Shown piece after piece: positions 53,501-64,000 of a DNA stretch of 64,000 nt. This stretch comes from Phoronis australis. Its lineage: Eukaryota > Animalia > Phoronida. Location of the stretch: NCBI GenBank assembly GCA_002633005.1, contig NMRA01000901.1, forward strand, positions 1 to 64,000. The letters run 5' to 3'. The notes beneath the pieces were generated by a model. That model worked only from the letters and a program-made list of their open reading frames with translations, was not told where the DNA came from and ran no database searches. Both the position numbers and the translations under genes were made by a program. Within the stretch, counting starts at the first letter, position 1. Every line of letters starts with the position of its first letter.

Positions 53501-53695
53501 GTGATATCTTTTAAAAAACCTGTGCAGAATTTGATTTTTACTCTTCATTTAAAGGAGAATAAATACGTTAACCTGCATTGTCTAGAAATTTTACTCAAAC
53601 TACATATTACAGGGTTGGGGATTGGAATCTTAATACAACTGAGTCTGAACCCGTACCATGAGCAATACAACACAATACACGGATATAAACATTTG

Positions 53696-54867
53696 CAGCC
53701 GATTTCATAAAGGTGGTTTAAAGTTAAACCTGGTTTAAACTGGACTTAGACCAGGTTTAATAATAATCTGCATTTCATTAAGATGGTTTAACTTTTAGAC
53801 CAGTGGTCTTGTAAAACCTGGTTGAACTCCAGTTTAGACCTGGTCTAAGTCAGTTGTCATTTCACCAACGAGGTCTATATCCTTTAGACCTGCATTAAGA
53901 TCTTAAACTATGTTTAACTTTAGACTTGGTCAGACCCAGGTTTAACTCTTAAATATGTCAGACTTGCATGGTATAGGTACAACTGAACGATGCCACGGTG
54001 TGCAATTGCGACGCAGTTTTAGAGCGGAAATGGACTATTTACAATATTCAGGTTTACTACGACATGAGATCAAACGTAGCAGGGGCGGATCCAGGATTTT
54101 TTAAAGGGGAGCGGACGGTCAAGGACTTTTTGAAAGGGGGGACCAAGTCAACAATTTGAAAATTATAGATTTGATATCATTAAAATCAAGGGAAAAAGGG
54201 GGCTCCGAACCCCTTGACCCCCCTGGATCCGCCTATGCGTAGACCAGTACGTGCTGGAGTGTGTCCTGCAGATTCCTCAGAATACGACTGGTCGAGCAGG
54301 TCTCATCGTCGCAAGCCCTACGGATTTGACTTAAGACAGCATCCTCTGATTCTTCTGACTAAGTTCCACCTCCACTGTTCTCCGATTCAATGTTGCCGGG
54401 AAGGGGTCTTGCCCCCCCTTTGGCCGCGAAAAATAAACACTAAAATAACACGGAAATAAATTTGGGCATTTATCATTTTACATCTAATCATCAGCATCTT
54501 CTTTAATGTGTGTGTGTTGGGCACAAAAATAACATTTTTCCTCATGAGAAAAGCTTTTAGACCTTTGTCGCTAATGTCTGCACTGATTCTACTGGTGTAT
54601 GCCATTCTATACCCACGTGATCAAGGTTTCATTGAAACACTTCAATAGTTTCTTTGTTGGGTTTACCCAGCTCGACACAGTTGGGTGCCTTTGATACTTT
54701 AAACCTGGTTCTATTGAACCAGCTCCCTGGTCTAGCAAAACCAGGCTTTCAGACTTTTAAACCATGTTGGTGAAATGCAAGTTAGGTCTAAAATTAGACC
54801 AGGTTTAGGAAGACCAGGTTTAAGTCTTAAACCTGGTTTTGTTAAACCACCTTTATGAAATCGGCTG
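53696..54867. mobile_element. PIF/Harbinger-like non-autonomous element
   Basis: Perfect 26-bp TIR cagccgatttcataaaggtggtttaa; 3-bp direct repeat ttg on both flanks; subterminal (a)aacc(a/t)ggttt / gaccaggt repeats; Myb/SANT-like remnant RQRSKSFSHEEK on minus at ~54570-54535. Confidence 0.85.
54080..54237. mobile_element. Nested MITE (hAT-like ends, 5-bp TSD)
   Basis: caggggcggatccagg / cctggatccgcctatg; TSD cgtag at 54075-54079 and 54238-54242. Confidence 0.85.
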
Positions 54868-56604
54868 TTGGTGTTTAGGCTCCACGGAAAGGATTCGTGT
54901 TCGCGGTAATAGTTACTAAGGTGCGTGGTCATTGTTTGTGGATAATTTGGGATTCCTCTTTTGTGGTCATCCACGGTAAACCTGGTCGCATAGAGAACAA
55001 TATATTAGCATCTTCATTGTTCCCGTTGTTAAAATAAAGATAGAATGACGACCACTTATCGGCAACGGTCTGATGTACGCAAGGTTCTATATCCATGCGA
55101 CCTGTGTTGTTACATCCAACAATGACACAACAGAGGAAAGCAATGATAGGACCGATGGACGAAAAACATGCGACGAGTTTCCACTGACAGTGGTGGAGTT
55201 TGTCTTGTCATTCGAATGTGTTTTAGAGAACTGCAAACCCGGTATGCGGTCTTTTGTATTAAGTCGTGCGAAAAATTGCGGTCATGCCACCAAACTTATC
55301 ATTCATTTGATATTACAATGCATTGCATGAAACTTTGATCAACAGAACATCTGTGTGTGAAGAAATACCCATGAGGAAATTGCAAGGTATAACAACTGTA
55401 AATCAAAATAAGCTACATTTGTCGAGTTCATGTCTAACCCTGTTCACTGTGGAGGACATAATCGGGCTTTTTACAAAATGGAGCCATGTATGGTATTTAG
55501 TGGACAAATAGGCCTAAGTGGTAACTAGTAAAACATTCAAAACATTCAGGAGGAACAAATTTGTTGCAAAATATCGAAAAACATTAAGGACAATCTCATT
55601 TTACGGTGTTCACGCATCGATCTCAGATATATGAAAAATTCTCATTTTAGTACATTTGAGGTACCAAAATGTATAATTAATGAACAGGCTGACAAAGTTT
55701 TTATTTTATGCAATAACAGTAAAATGTTGTGTCAACAATTTGACCAAGTTTCATTCTCGTAGCAGGGGGACAGATTTGGTAAAGCAGTGTAATGAACATA
55801 ACCTCAAAATGGCTTAACGGGGCAGTGTAGTAAAACTACTAAATGAGGGTGGTAAATCGCAATCGTGTTTCAAGACATCTGTGTAACAATCTATAGGCAC
55901 CACTAAACAATGCCAAGTGAATAATAGTTCAATAGCTTTCATTCAAGGAAAAATAAACAATTAAAACTGGACAGTTTTTATACTGTGAAAACATGGCTGC
56001 GAAGCCTAAAATGTGTTTGAGCCTATAACTTGAAAAAAAACGTAATATTTTGAGGAACTATTTTACCGCTGTTTATAGATCCCATAGGACTACCTATGTG
56101 CCAAATTTTATGAAAATCGGCTGAACCCCACCTTGCCGCTGGATGGCTGTTACTCTCGTGGACTAGTACTTAATTGCGCTTGCGCTCAGCTGTCATGGCG
56201 GAGCATAACTGGTCATTCTATTTATTGTCTTTTGTCTTTCACTGTACATGTATGTTTTAATATTTAAGAATTACAACTCTCAATTTAAACAAATATAACC
56301 GCATGCGCTGCATATGCATTTGAATGAGTGTTGCGCTGTATGATACTTGTCCAATAGAAACATTTCGTTTAGATCGTAATACCTTAAAGATTTTTACGAT
56401 TGGGGAGATCAATCGCCTCAAAACGGAGAATATATTGCACTTAGAAGTAAACTTCATATGGGACTTTGCTATCAATTTGGAAATAGTTTTGATTTTCGCA
56501 CTAACGAGCTCATTATACATATTGCGGTAGTAAAACATGTAATAACCAACTCAAGTGTAGCTTGGTATATTATCACAACCAAAATACCCGCCTATGTACT
56601 CAAG

Positions 56605-56850
56605 GTCTGACTGAGTCGCTCAGAGATTTCCAAGTTCGGGTCTCAAATACAAGTGAAACACCACCAGCGACCTCTACTGACGTTCTGTGCAAACACTACA
56701 CCAACACCATCAGTGACGCCACTACTGTGTACATAGCTTGTGATCGTCCAGTGAGTGGGAGATATATCTACATCACCAAGAACGGCAACAGCAAATCAGA
56801 AACGCTGTCTTTATGTGAGGTGGAAGTATTCGGGACCCCAGCGCTTGCAG
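56605..56850 (+). CDS. Gene B exon: C-terminal half of F-type lectin domain
   Basis: ctcaag|...|gtattt, 246 nt, phase 1-1, LTESLRDFQVRVSN...C...CDRPVSGRYIYI...LSLCEVEVFG. Confidence 0.9.
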
Positions 56851-57396
56851 GTATTTATCCGAGACTGGTTTGCCTGGATAAGGACAAGCCGTGAATGATC
56901 GAAAATATCATTTATGACGTAATTTTTGGAAGTTAAGTACGAAAGTGACTTTGCAAGAAGGACTCGTACAAAAAAAAACTCTGGCTAGAATGTTAAGAAA
57001 TTGATTACAAATTCAAAATATAAGCAACACTAGAACAGCATCAGGAAAAGTATCATGACAAAACAGGTTAGGTACATGTAGGTAATTATAGAAAAAAGAA
57101 ATGGTGGTATAGGTTAGAATAGTGCACCGTATCACAAAAAGGAATGAATTCTGACCAATGATGTACATGTAAGAGTATGGTACATTTTGTAATAATACTG
57201 AAGTGAAAAAGTGAATTAAATGGGAAGTGAAGTAAATGATTCCTAGTTTCATCGACTTCTATTCTATAGAATGATTTTGCATGAGTAAGAGCTTTATGCT
57301 ATTAAGAAAATGGGACTTCCCTGATTATTTTTGTTTAGTGTGTGTACAAATACATGTATAACACATAGGTTTGTCCACATTGTTTCTATATTGTAG

Positions 57397-57642
57397 CCTC
57401 CAGCACACTCACTACAAGAGTGGACGTGGGTGATGGAGTGACACTAACATTTGATGGGCTAGAGCCATCTGGTGTCAGATGGCAGAAAGACAGTCTTGGG
57501 TTTTACGCCGAGGTCTCCATAGTTGGATGGAATGACAAGCTGGCTAACACAATTGATCCAGTTGAAGTGGGTCATGGCGGAGTGTACACTATATACAAAT
57601 CGCCTGGAAATGTTCTTGGCATCACCCGCTTGGTCGTCAGAG
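57397..57642 (+). CDS. Gene B exon: Tie-type Ig2 domain
   Basis: ttgtag|...|gtaggt, 246 nt, SSTLTTRVDVGDGVTLTF...RWQK...GGVY...ITRLVVR, resembling Tie2 TLTMTVDKGDNVNISF...RLIVR. Confidence 0.88.
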
Positions 57643-59571
57643 GTAGGTTTGAATTTCCTTGTTTCTCGTCATAAAGCTTACTTTTTTCTAGGAAAGTGTG
57701 TGACGTACATGTACGCTATTGAAAATCTCGGTTATGTAAATGGAAGGGAGCAGGGTTGCATACACACCATATATAATCCATCGCCAAACATCAACAGCAA
57801 AATCAATTGCTAGTTTAATTTGGTGACTGTTGAAAGTATCCGGTCATAGTCTCTTTCTAAAAGAATAAATTAATATTATTTTTACTGAGTCTTCAAATCG
57901 CTTTTCACATCCAGTTCTTCAGTTTTACAACAGTACTCCTCAACGTTCTGATCTGAAAAACAATTTCTTCGACTGAACACAGGTTCTTATCACCTGTAAG
58001 CTCGGTACAACTGACTGTTATTCGGAAACCTGAAGCAACGAGATTTTAACAACATGTTGTATCTATTGAGACAACACGGATATACATGTATCGTGAGCTT
58101 TTTGATTGCTGCATTACACACGTCACAAAAATTGCCGACGGTATCCTGACAATTGCTTCCATAATGCAGTTGTGGAAGGATGGAATTCTGTTTGGGGTGG
58201 GTGGGGTAGCACGTTTTGCAACTAAGTGGACAACTGATATGATGTTGAACGAACAGTGCACAAAATTATGCTTGTGTTGAGCGTCACTGGCTCTCAGCTG
58301 TTTCTCATCGTGTCAGGTCCCTATTTTTTGCTAATAGCATATATGTAAATCACTCTCTTCGTAAATGTAAATCATGTGAAATTATTATGTAAGAGTTGTT
58401 CCTTTGAATTTATAACACAGAATAGAATTTCTCTTCAGATTGCACGCGTACTAACTTTGCTCTGTGAAGACAGTATAGTTATGCAAAATGAAGATCATTG
58501 GTGTAGAATGTTGGGAATATTTATATGGTCATCCTACCACTCCCCAATGTCATCACTCAGCTTGAAATGAATGCTTCTGATACTACTTCTGTCTTTTCCA
58601 TAAAATACGAAAATTCCTGTTTTATTTTGCTTTGTTTGCCGATAAGATCATGGAATGACATAGTTGCTGCGCCCAAACCTACATGTATTCATGAGAAAGC
58701 ACCTGACGTAACTGGCTACGGTGTGTGAAGTGTGTTAAACTGTGTTGTGCAGTGCTGTTTTTGGTCCGTCTTTTGTTAGAGCGCATTTGTTTTCCGCTGC
58801 TGAAGTACATGTATGTAATGCTGATGTTTGTCTGTTGGTTTTAGGCATGATTTGTACATGTATCTCGATGACTCTCCGAACAAAAATGAGCCACGTGGAG
58901 GCAAAGTACCTGGAGTCAGCTAAGATTTAGGAACCGTTTTTTTTCCGCCTTAACAAAAGGAATTTTCATCGCAGTTATTATTTAATTGAGACATTTCAGC
59001 TGTCGTGTGGCTGCTTTTCCAGGTTTTAGGGATGTGAAACCAAAAATACTGTTGTCATACATCACCCATTTTATAACACCACGATCTTAGGCTGCCGGGT
59101 TAGTCGCACTATCCGTTTCTAAAAAGAACAAGTTGTACACTCGTGAACATTGTGATAATAACCAACAGTCCCGAGGATTGTTGTAATTGATGATCAAAAG
59201 TCCAAAATGTGCTTTAAATGATAATCATATTCTCATGAAATCACATCAGATTATATTTTTTATATTCACAATATGCTATAGGTTTTGCTCACAAATATAA
59301 TTATTCTAGTTATCACAAGACCTTTTTCTTCACAAAGTATTTATTTTCAGAGATTAAGTTGCCATAATTTCCAATCGTGAATGTTTTCTTCCTCACACTC
59401 TTAGTTTCTGCCATCTACAAAAATTTCGTGTCCTTGTGGGGGGCTAAAATCTTTCCCTACTTATATTCATTAAGTTGCGTGATGTGTTCAAATAAAGATG
59501 TCATGCTGATGTTCAAAATGTTCGCTGTGGCTGTGGTTCCTTGACGAAGCGTTCCATTTGTGTCGTTGCAG

Positions 59572-59703
59572 TATGCCCAAGGGATAAATACGGCGTTGAT
59601 TGCACTGAGGATTGTCCACAATGTGAGAATGGAGGCATTTGTCACGACATCACTGGGGAGTGCATCTGTCCACCTGGGTTTATGGGGCACAGTTGTTCTA
59701 TAG
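59572..59703 (+). CDS. Gene B exon: Tie-type EGF repeat 1
   Basis: gttgcag|...|gtgaga, 132 nt, CPRDKYGVDCTEDCPQCENGGICHDITGECICPPGFMGHSC; not in the ORF track. Confidence 0.93.
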   Translation, partial: YAQGINTALIALRIVHNVRMEAFVTTSLGSASVHLGLWGTVVL

Positions 59704-60701
59704 GTGAGAACTTTAGTTAGCAGGTTTAAAATTCACCGCGTGGTTTAAGTTTACCCAACACACACACCAGTCGATCCATTCAAACCTATGGAACCATAGC
59801 ACAAAAGTGTTCTAGAGGAGAGAATTTGAGTTATGGGTTTAAAAAGTCGTTTGAATTCATCATAAAAACAATAAAAAATCACCGATCAATTCATTCAAGT
59901 ACTTAAAGAACGAAACACGTTTTGATAGATTTGTGGGTTTCCTAACGTGTGTTGCATGCAATAAACTGAATATTAGAAATCTTCCAGCTGTCAATATTTA
60001 AATTTTGTTTTTGGATGGCAGCAATGTAAAAAGGGGCTACATGTACGCCTTCGCTTTGTGTAACTCTCTCGCTTCAACACCTGTACGTGGAATGGGCCGA
60101 ACACAGCTCGTCATAAATATAGGCCAAAGCGAATGAACGACACTACATGTAGTTCTTGCAATTTGTTTGATTTTCTCAACAAAGTTAGTAATTTTGAAGG
60201 TTAGCTCTAAGACCAACATGTTAAATTTTGAAATTTGACCAATACACAATGTGGTTTGAGAAAAAGAAGGATCAAGAGAAAATTGCCTCTGTAATTCAAA
60301 AATCACATTAACTTGCGCACTTAAACTGTTTTGATTAATCGTCACATGAAGATCACATTTAATAAATTTACAATTTTACAAGGGTATACTGTATATTACA
60401 GCAAGCGTATCACTGGTCCTGACACAAGTTTAATCAAACCATGTGCGCCAGATAAGTTTTCGCTTTAGTACGATCAGGTAACGAACACATGGGGTAGTTT
60501 AAAATGCATATTATTACAACACCGTGTTTCATCGACCACGGAAACGTATTATTACCAATTAATACAAAGAAAATGATTTCTCAGAACCGTCAAAATGTCC
60601 AGATATGCATGTATAGATAGCACGTGTTTGGGTAGTCAACTCCTTGTATGACATCGTCTACAGCTGGCTTCCCACTGAAAATGACTAATTTCTGTCGAAA
60701 G

Positions 60702-60851
60702 GTTGTGGAGGTAATCTGTTTGGAAGTGACTGCTTATCGAAGTGCTCCGAAGTGGACGATGAGCAGGGATGTCGGGGGAAATATGTGTGCACGATAGATC
60801 CATACGGATGCTCCTGTGTTACTGGATTTAAAGGAGTGACTTGCAGTGAAG
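60702..60851 (+). CDS. Gene B exon: Tie-type EGF repeat 2
   Basis: gaaag|...|gtaaga, 150 nt, CGGNLFGSDCLSKCS...GCRGKYVCTIDPYGCSCVTGFKGVTCSE; DPYGCSC is characteristic of Tie receptors. Confidence 0.93.
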
Positions 60852-60917
60852 GTAAGAGTTGGTATTCGTAAACCATACCACGTTTACTAAATGTGTTAGC
60901 CAAGATGTTTACCTGCG

Positions 60918-60994
60918 CAATCGCGCACCCCACCTAAAAATAGGGGGCTTGAACTTTTGGACAATACGATTCTTTTTCAACAAACAAGGGAATA

Positions 60995-61026
<32 letters not shown>

Positions 61027-61134
61027 TTAGCCTGTTCAGAGCTATGAATTGAGCAATCGCGGACATTTTTTCCCACTTCGCCAACGCCAAATGGCGGCTC
61101 GTTCAAGCCCACGAGCACCCTGTGTGCGCGCATG
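60918..61134. mobile_element. MITE, CATGCGCGCA-ended family, 5-bp TSD
   Basis: caatcgcgca / tgcgcgcatg; TSD ctgcg at 60913-60917 and 61135-61139; contains an (AAAAAT)n tract at ~60991-61022. Confidence 0.75.
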
Positions 61135-64000
61135 CTGCGATAATCTATTATTTGATTTGTTTAAACAGTATATGTTGCTGAAATACCTTGGGAACCATTT
61201 GGTAGATATTTTACATTACTCTTTTTATGGTCATGGTTCATTGCAGGTGTGTTTCTTAATACCACGGCAGCGGATTAAAGAGCAGCGCTTGCAGTGTTTT
61301 AGTCTGCAGTTCTTTAACCTCGTTTTCGCACCGTTGAAGTTTCTCGTTCAGTAGCGACAACTGTATTCGAACTTTCTACGCCACTGTTTTTCTTTTCTAC
61401 TGTGCTATTGGCTGGAACTCCGGTGTCAGAAAGTTGGATAAACCTTAAAGTAGAAATAACCCTAGATACATTGTGATCCAAAGTGATTTTTTATTCATCC
61501 TCACATTTCTATAACGAGGTGAAAGGAGCAATGGGTTTTTCTAGCTGCACAGAGGGAATCATAATACCTGTAATACTTGTTACGGACAGGATCAATGGGG
61601 AAATGCTGCTGCATTAATAACCTCCCCAGACCGTCCAGGTGACAGCAGAAGGGGCAGAACTTGTCTTTGCGTGCCAGCGTGTGATTTGAAAACTGACGGG
61701 CACGGCTCTTGTTGTGACTTTTAACAGCATGGCCATGTGTACTAGCGGCTTCGAGCAATCGGCTGCCATCATTGAACTCTGCCATTTGAACGAAGTCTGT
61801 TCGAGTGTGGGTTGAAGAGCCAGCAGCTTAATTTCAGCCGAGGATAAGCAAACGGGTTGGTTAGTGTTACAATACCGCGTACAAAAGGCAAGCTCACTGT
61901 ATGATGCAGATGGCGTGATTGGAAAACATCTCAGTGGACTGGGATCTCTCCAGACTGAACAATCATCAACACTGCCATAGAATAAGTGGTACAGATAATC
62001 TTGTGGTTTTCCAGGTCTAGATATGATAGCTTATTTGGGACACGTTGTTTACATTAGCCTCAAACTCAATCCATGTACTACGTGGGTATACATGGTAGAG
62101 GCCACTACCCACCGCACAAATTATTTGGTAGCCCCATTCAGCACGGTTAGTTGCACTATGATGGCATCGATACCTCAAAGGTAACACCATAGTTGACGGC
62201 ACAATGCTTGGACTACTCAAAGGGGCCATTCCCTAGCTGCCCTTAATATATGGTTTAGCGAAGTTTGTTTTTCGCCAAGCATTTTCCACCAATTTGGGCA
62301 TAACTTCCTACCGAACTCATTTTTACTACCCTACGTACACGTAAAAGTTGTTGAAAGTAATATACAGCACGCTATATATTTGTTTCAGAAACAATTTCGG
62401 CAGAGCTTTAACCGTTGATTGGATGTGTTTTTCGTTACGTGGCTTGAATGTAAGAGCTCTCTGTAGTTAAGTATATTTTGCTACCAGGTATCTAAGAGCT
62501 GCCACCAGATGAAGACACGGTCAATTGCTGGTATGGACAAACCAACTGTCGTATTTAACATGCTTTATAGACAAAGGAACTTTTTGGAGTTGACGGAAGA
62601 ACTCTATCATGGCGAAGACATTTTATTTTCTAAATAAAGACGCTTAAAGGAAACACACGAGTGACTCTTAGTGTTTTGTAAATCGTCGAAACGCCAGACT
62701 TCTTTTAATTATTTCTAAAGTATTCTTAAATACAGAACTGAAGAACATGAACCTCTGACCAGTATGAGTGAAATTCACGCCTCAAGTTAGCCGGTTCTAA
62801 ATAATTTCCCAATGTTTTATTTCATTTGAAATTCTCTATAAATTGTTCTCTGGTCTCCGGGGTTCTTTCTCGAGATCGTGATTTTGGCTGACGTCTCTAA
62901 GTTCTCGTTTGTTGTTGGATAATAAGGCGAGCGGTTGCAATGGCGATCATGCTTCCAGGTAGCCAGGACAGTAATGTTGTATCCAGGAACTCTAAACAAC
63001 GAATTGCTCTCGAGAGCGATACTTTTTCACTGAAATTTTATGTGGCAGTCACAGCCGGACCAAAAATATACCGCTGTAGAACGCCTGACCCCAAAGTTTT
63101 GTAAATCGTGTATTTGGCTATAATTCACCTTATGACGCGTTACGGATGATTAAAGTAATCCATTTTTTTGCCTGTCACTTACGATATTCCTTCGAAGCAT
63201 GAACTCCGGTGTTAAGCAGGTATCGCGGATTCGAAAAGAGATTCCTGCACCTTCAAAATACCCTACTTGTCAAATAACACGAGCCCTGAATTTTAAAACA
63301 GGAACCCGGGAACTGAAACAACACTTCCGCACTTTTGGGCAAATATTGTTTAATGAAAAAAAAACACTTCGGCTTTCAATAGTTGCTGTGATATTTTTTA
63401 GTAAAACATGAGAATTTTAGACAACTTATGACAGATTAGCCCTCTACCTTATTCTACTGCTCAGGTTGTGGTGAGATGTTATGTGTCGTCTTTTCGCACC
63501 ATGAAGTATTGTGTCCCCAATTATTTAATCATCTTTTCTTCTTCCATGCAGTTGCGCACATGTCCCAACAAATTAATTAACAACGACATTCCAAATTCGA
63601 CGTTACATTTTTGTTTTTCATTTTTAAAACGTGTCTGGGGAAAGTATTGAGTAATATTGAGTTTCGAGTGGCTTAACGACTTCCGTCCAATACTTCATTT
63701 GGCGGAAAGCTTGTAGATAACTGTTTTGTTTCACAATATAGTTTAAGAGAGAGTACAAAAGGTGGCTATTTAGTTTAACACAGTGGTATTCGTTTCATAT
63801 AACAAACTGAAACCTCAAAAAATGCGGGATGAGCTATGGTTGTGGTGACACCGTCTGCCATTTTTCAAGATGGCCATACAAGTACTTTGATTCGCACAAA
63901 TTTGAAACAGATAAGTGTGGCGTTTTTATTTAAACATTGCATCATAGACTTTCTGGGTCGACTAACCCATTAAGACGCATTGCGTTTGATAGTAGTAATA

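Larger units (their letters stand above)
20292..60851 (+). other. Gene B span: Tie/angiopoietin-receptor-like mosaic protein (SP-LCCL-Ig-like-F-lectin-Ig-EGF-EGF...), continuing beyond the window
   Basis: Eleven in-frame GT-AG exons (twelve with the kringle). The Ig and EGF exons closely resemble Tie1/Tie2 Ig2-EGF1-EGF2. No transmembrane or kinase exon is seen in the window. Confidence 0.8.

Noticed and set aside
53700-53945. Clustered short palindromic repeats resembling a CRISPR array
   Set aside because: Irregular spacing, no unique spacers, eukaryotic context; these are transposon subterminal repeats.
55227-55241. 15-nt phase 1-1 micro-exon (ENCKP)
   Set aside because: Too short to distinguish from chance without transcript data.

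Overview
Repeat-rich, AT-rich eukaryotic genomic DNA with GT-AG introns, probably from a marine invertebrate (lophotrochozoan-like; this is an inference). The ORF track misses most of the real content, so exons were reconstructed by hand from splice sites and phase. They define two head-to-head paralogous genes with start codons about 1.7 kb apart. Gene A (minus, 18620 to <=1812) and gene B (plus, 20292 to >=60851) share six homologous exons: end of signal peptide, LCCL domain, an Ig-like segment, and the first half of an F-type lectin domain. Gene B continues with the second half of the lectin, a Tie-type Ig domain and two Tie-type EGF repeats. It is therefore a Tie/angiopoietin-receptor-like ectodomain carrying LCCL and F-lectin modules. 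An in-phase kringle exon lies inside the 19-kb intron that splits the lectin's sugar-binding loop. The introns hold two L1/Tx1-type LINEs (one with an uninterrupted 5'-truncated ORF and TSD, inserted in an Academ-like remnant) and Penelope-like remnants. Two of the Penelope-like copies form an inverted pair whose 3' regions carry a tRNA-Ser-like segment followed by a minimal hammerhead motif. There is also a Harbinger-like deletion derivative, several MITEs with TSDs and a 90-N gap.
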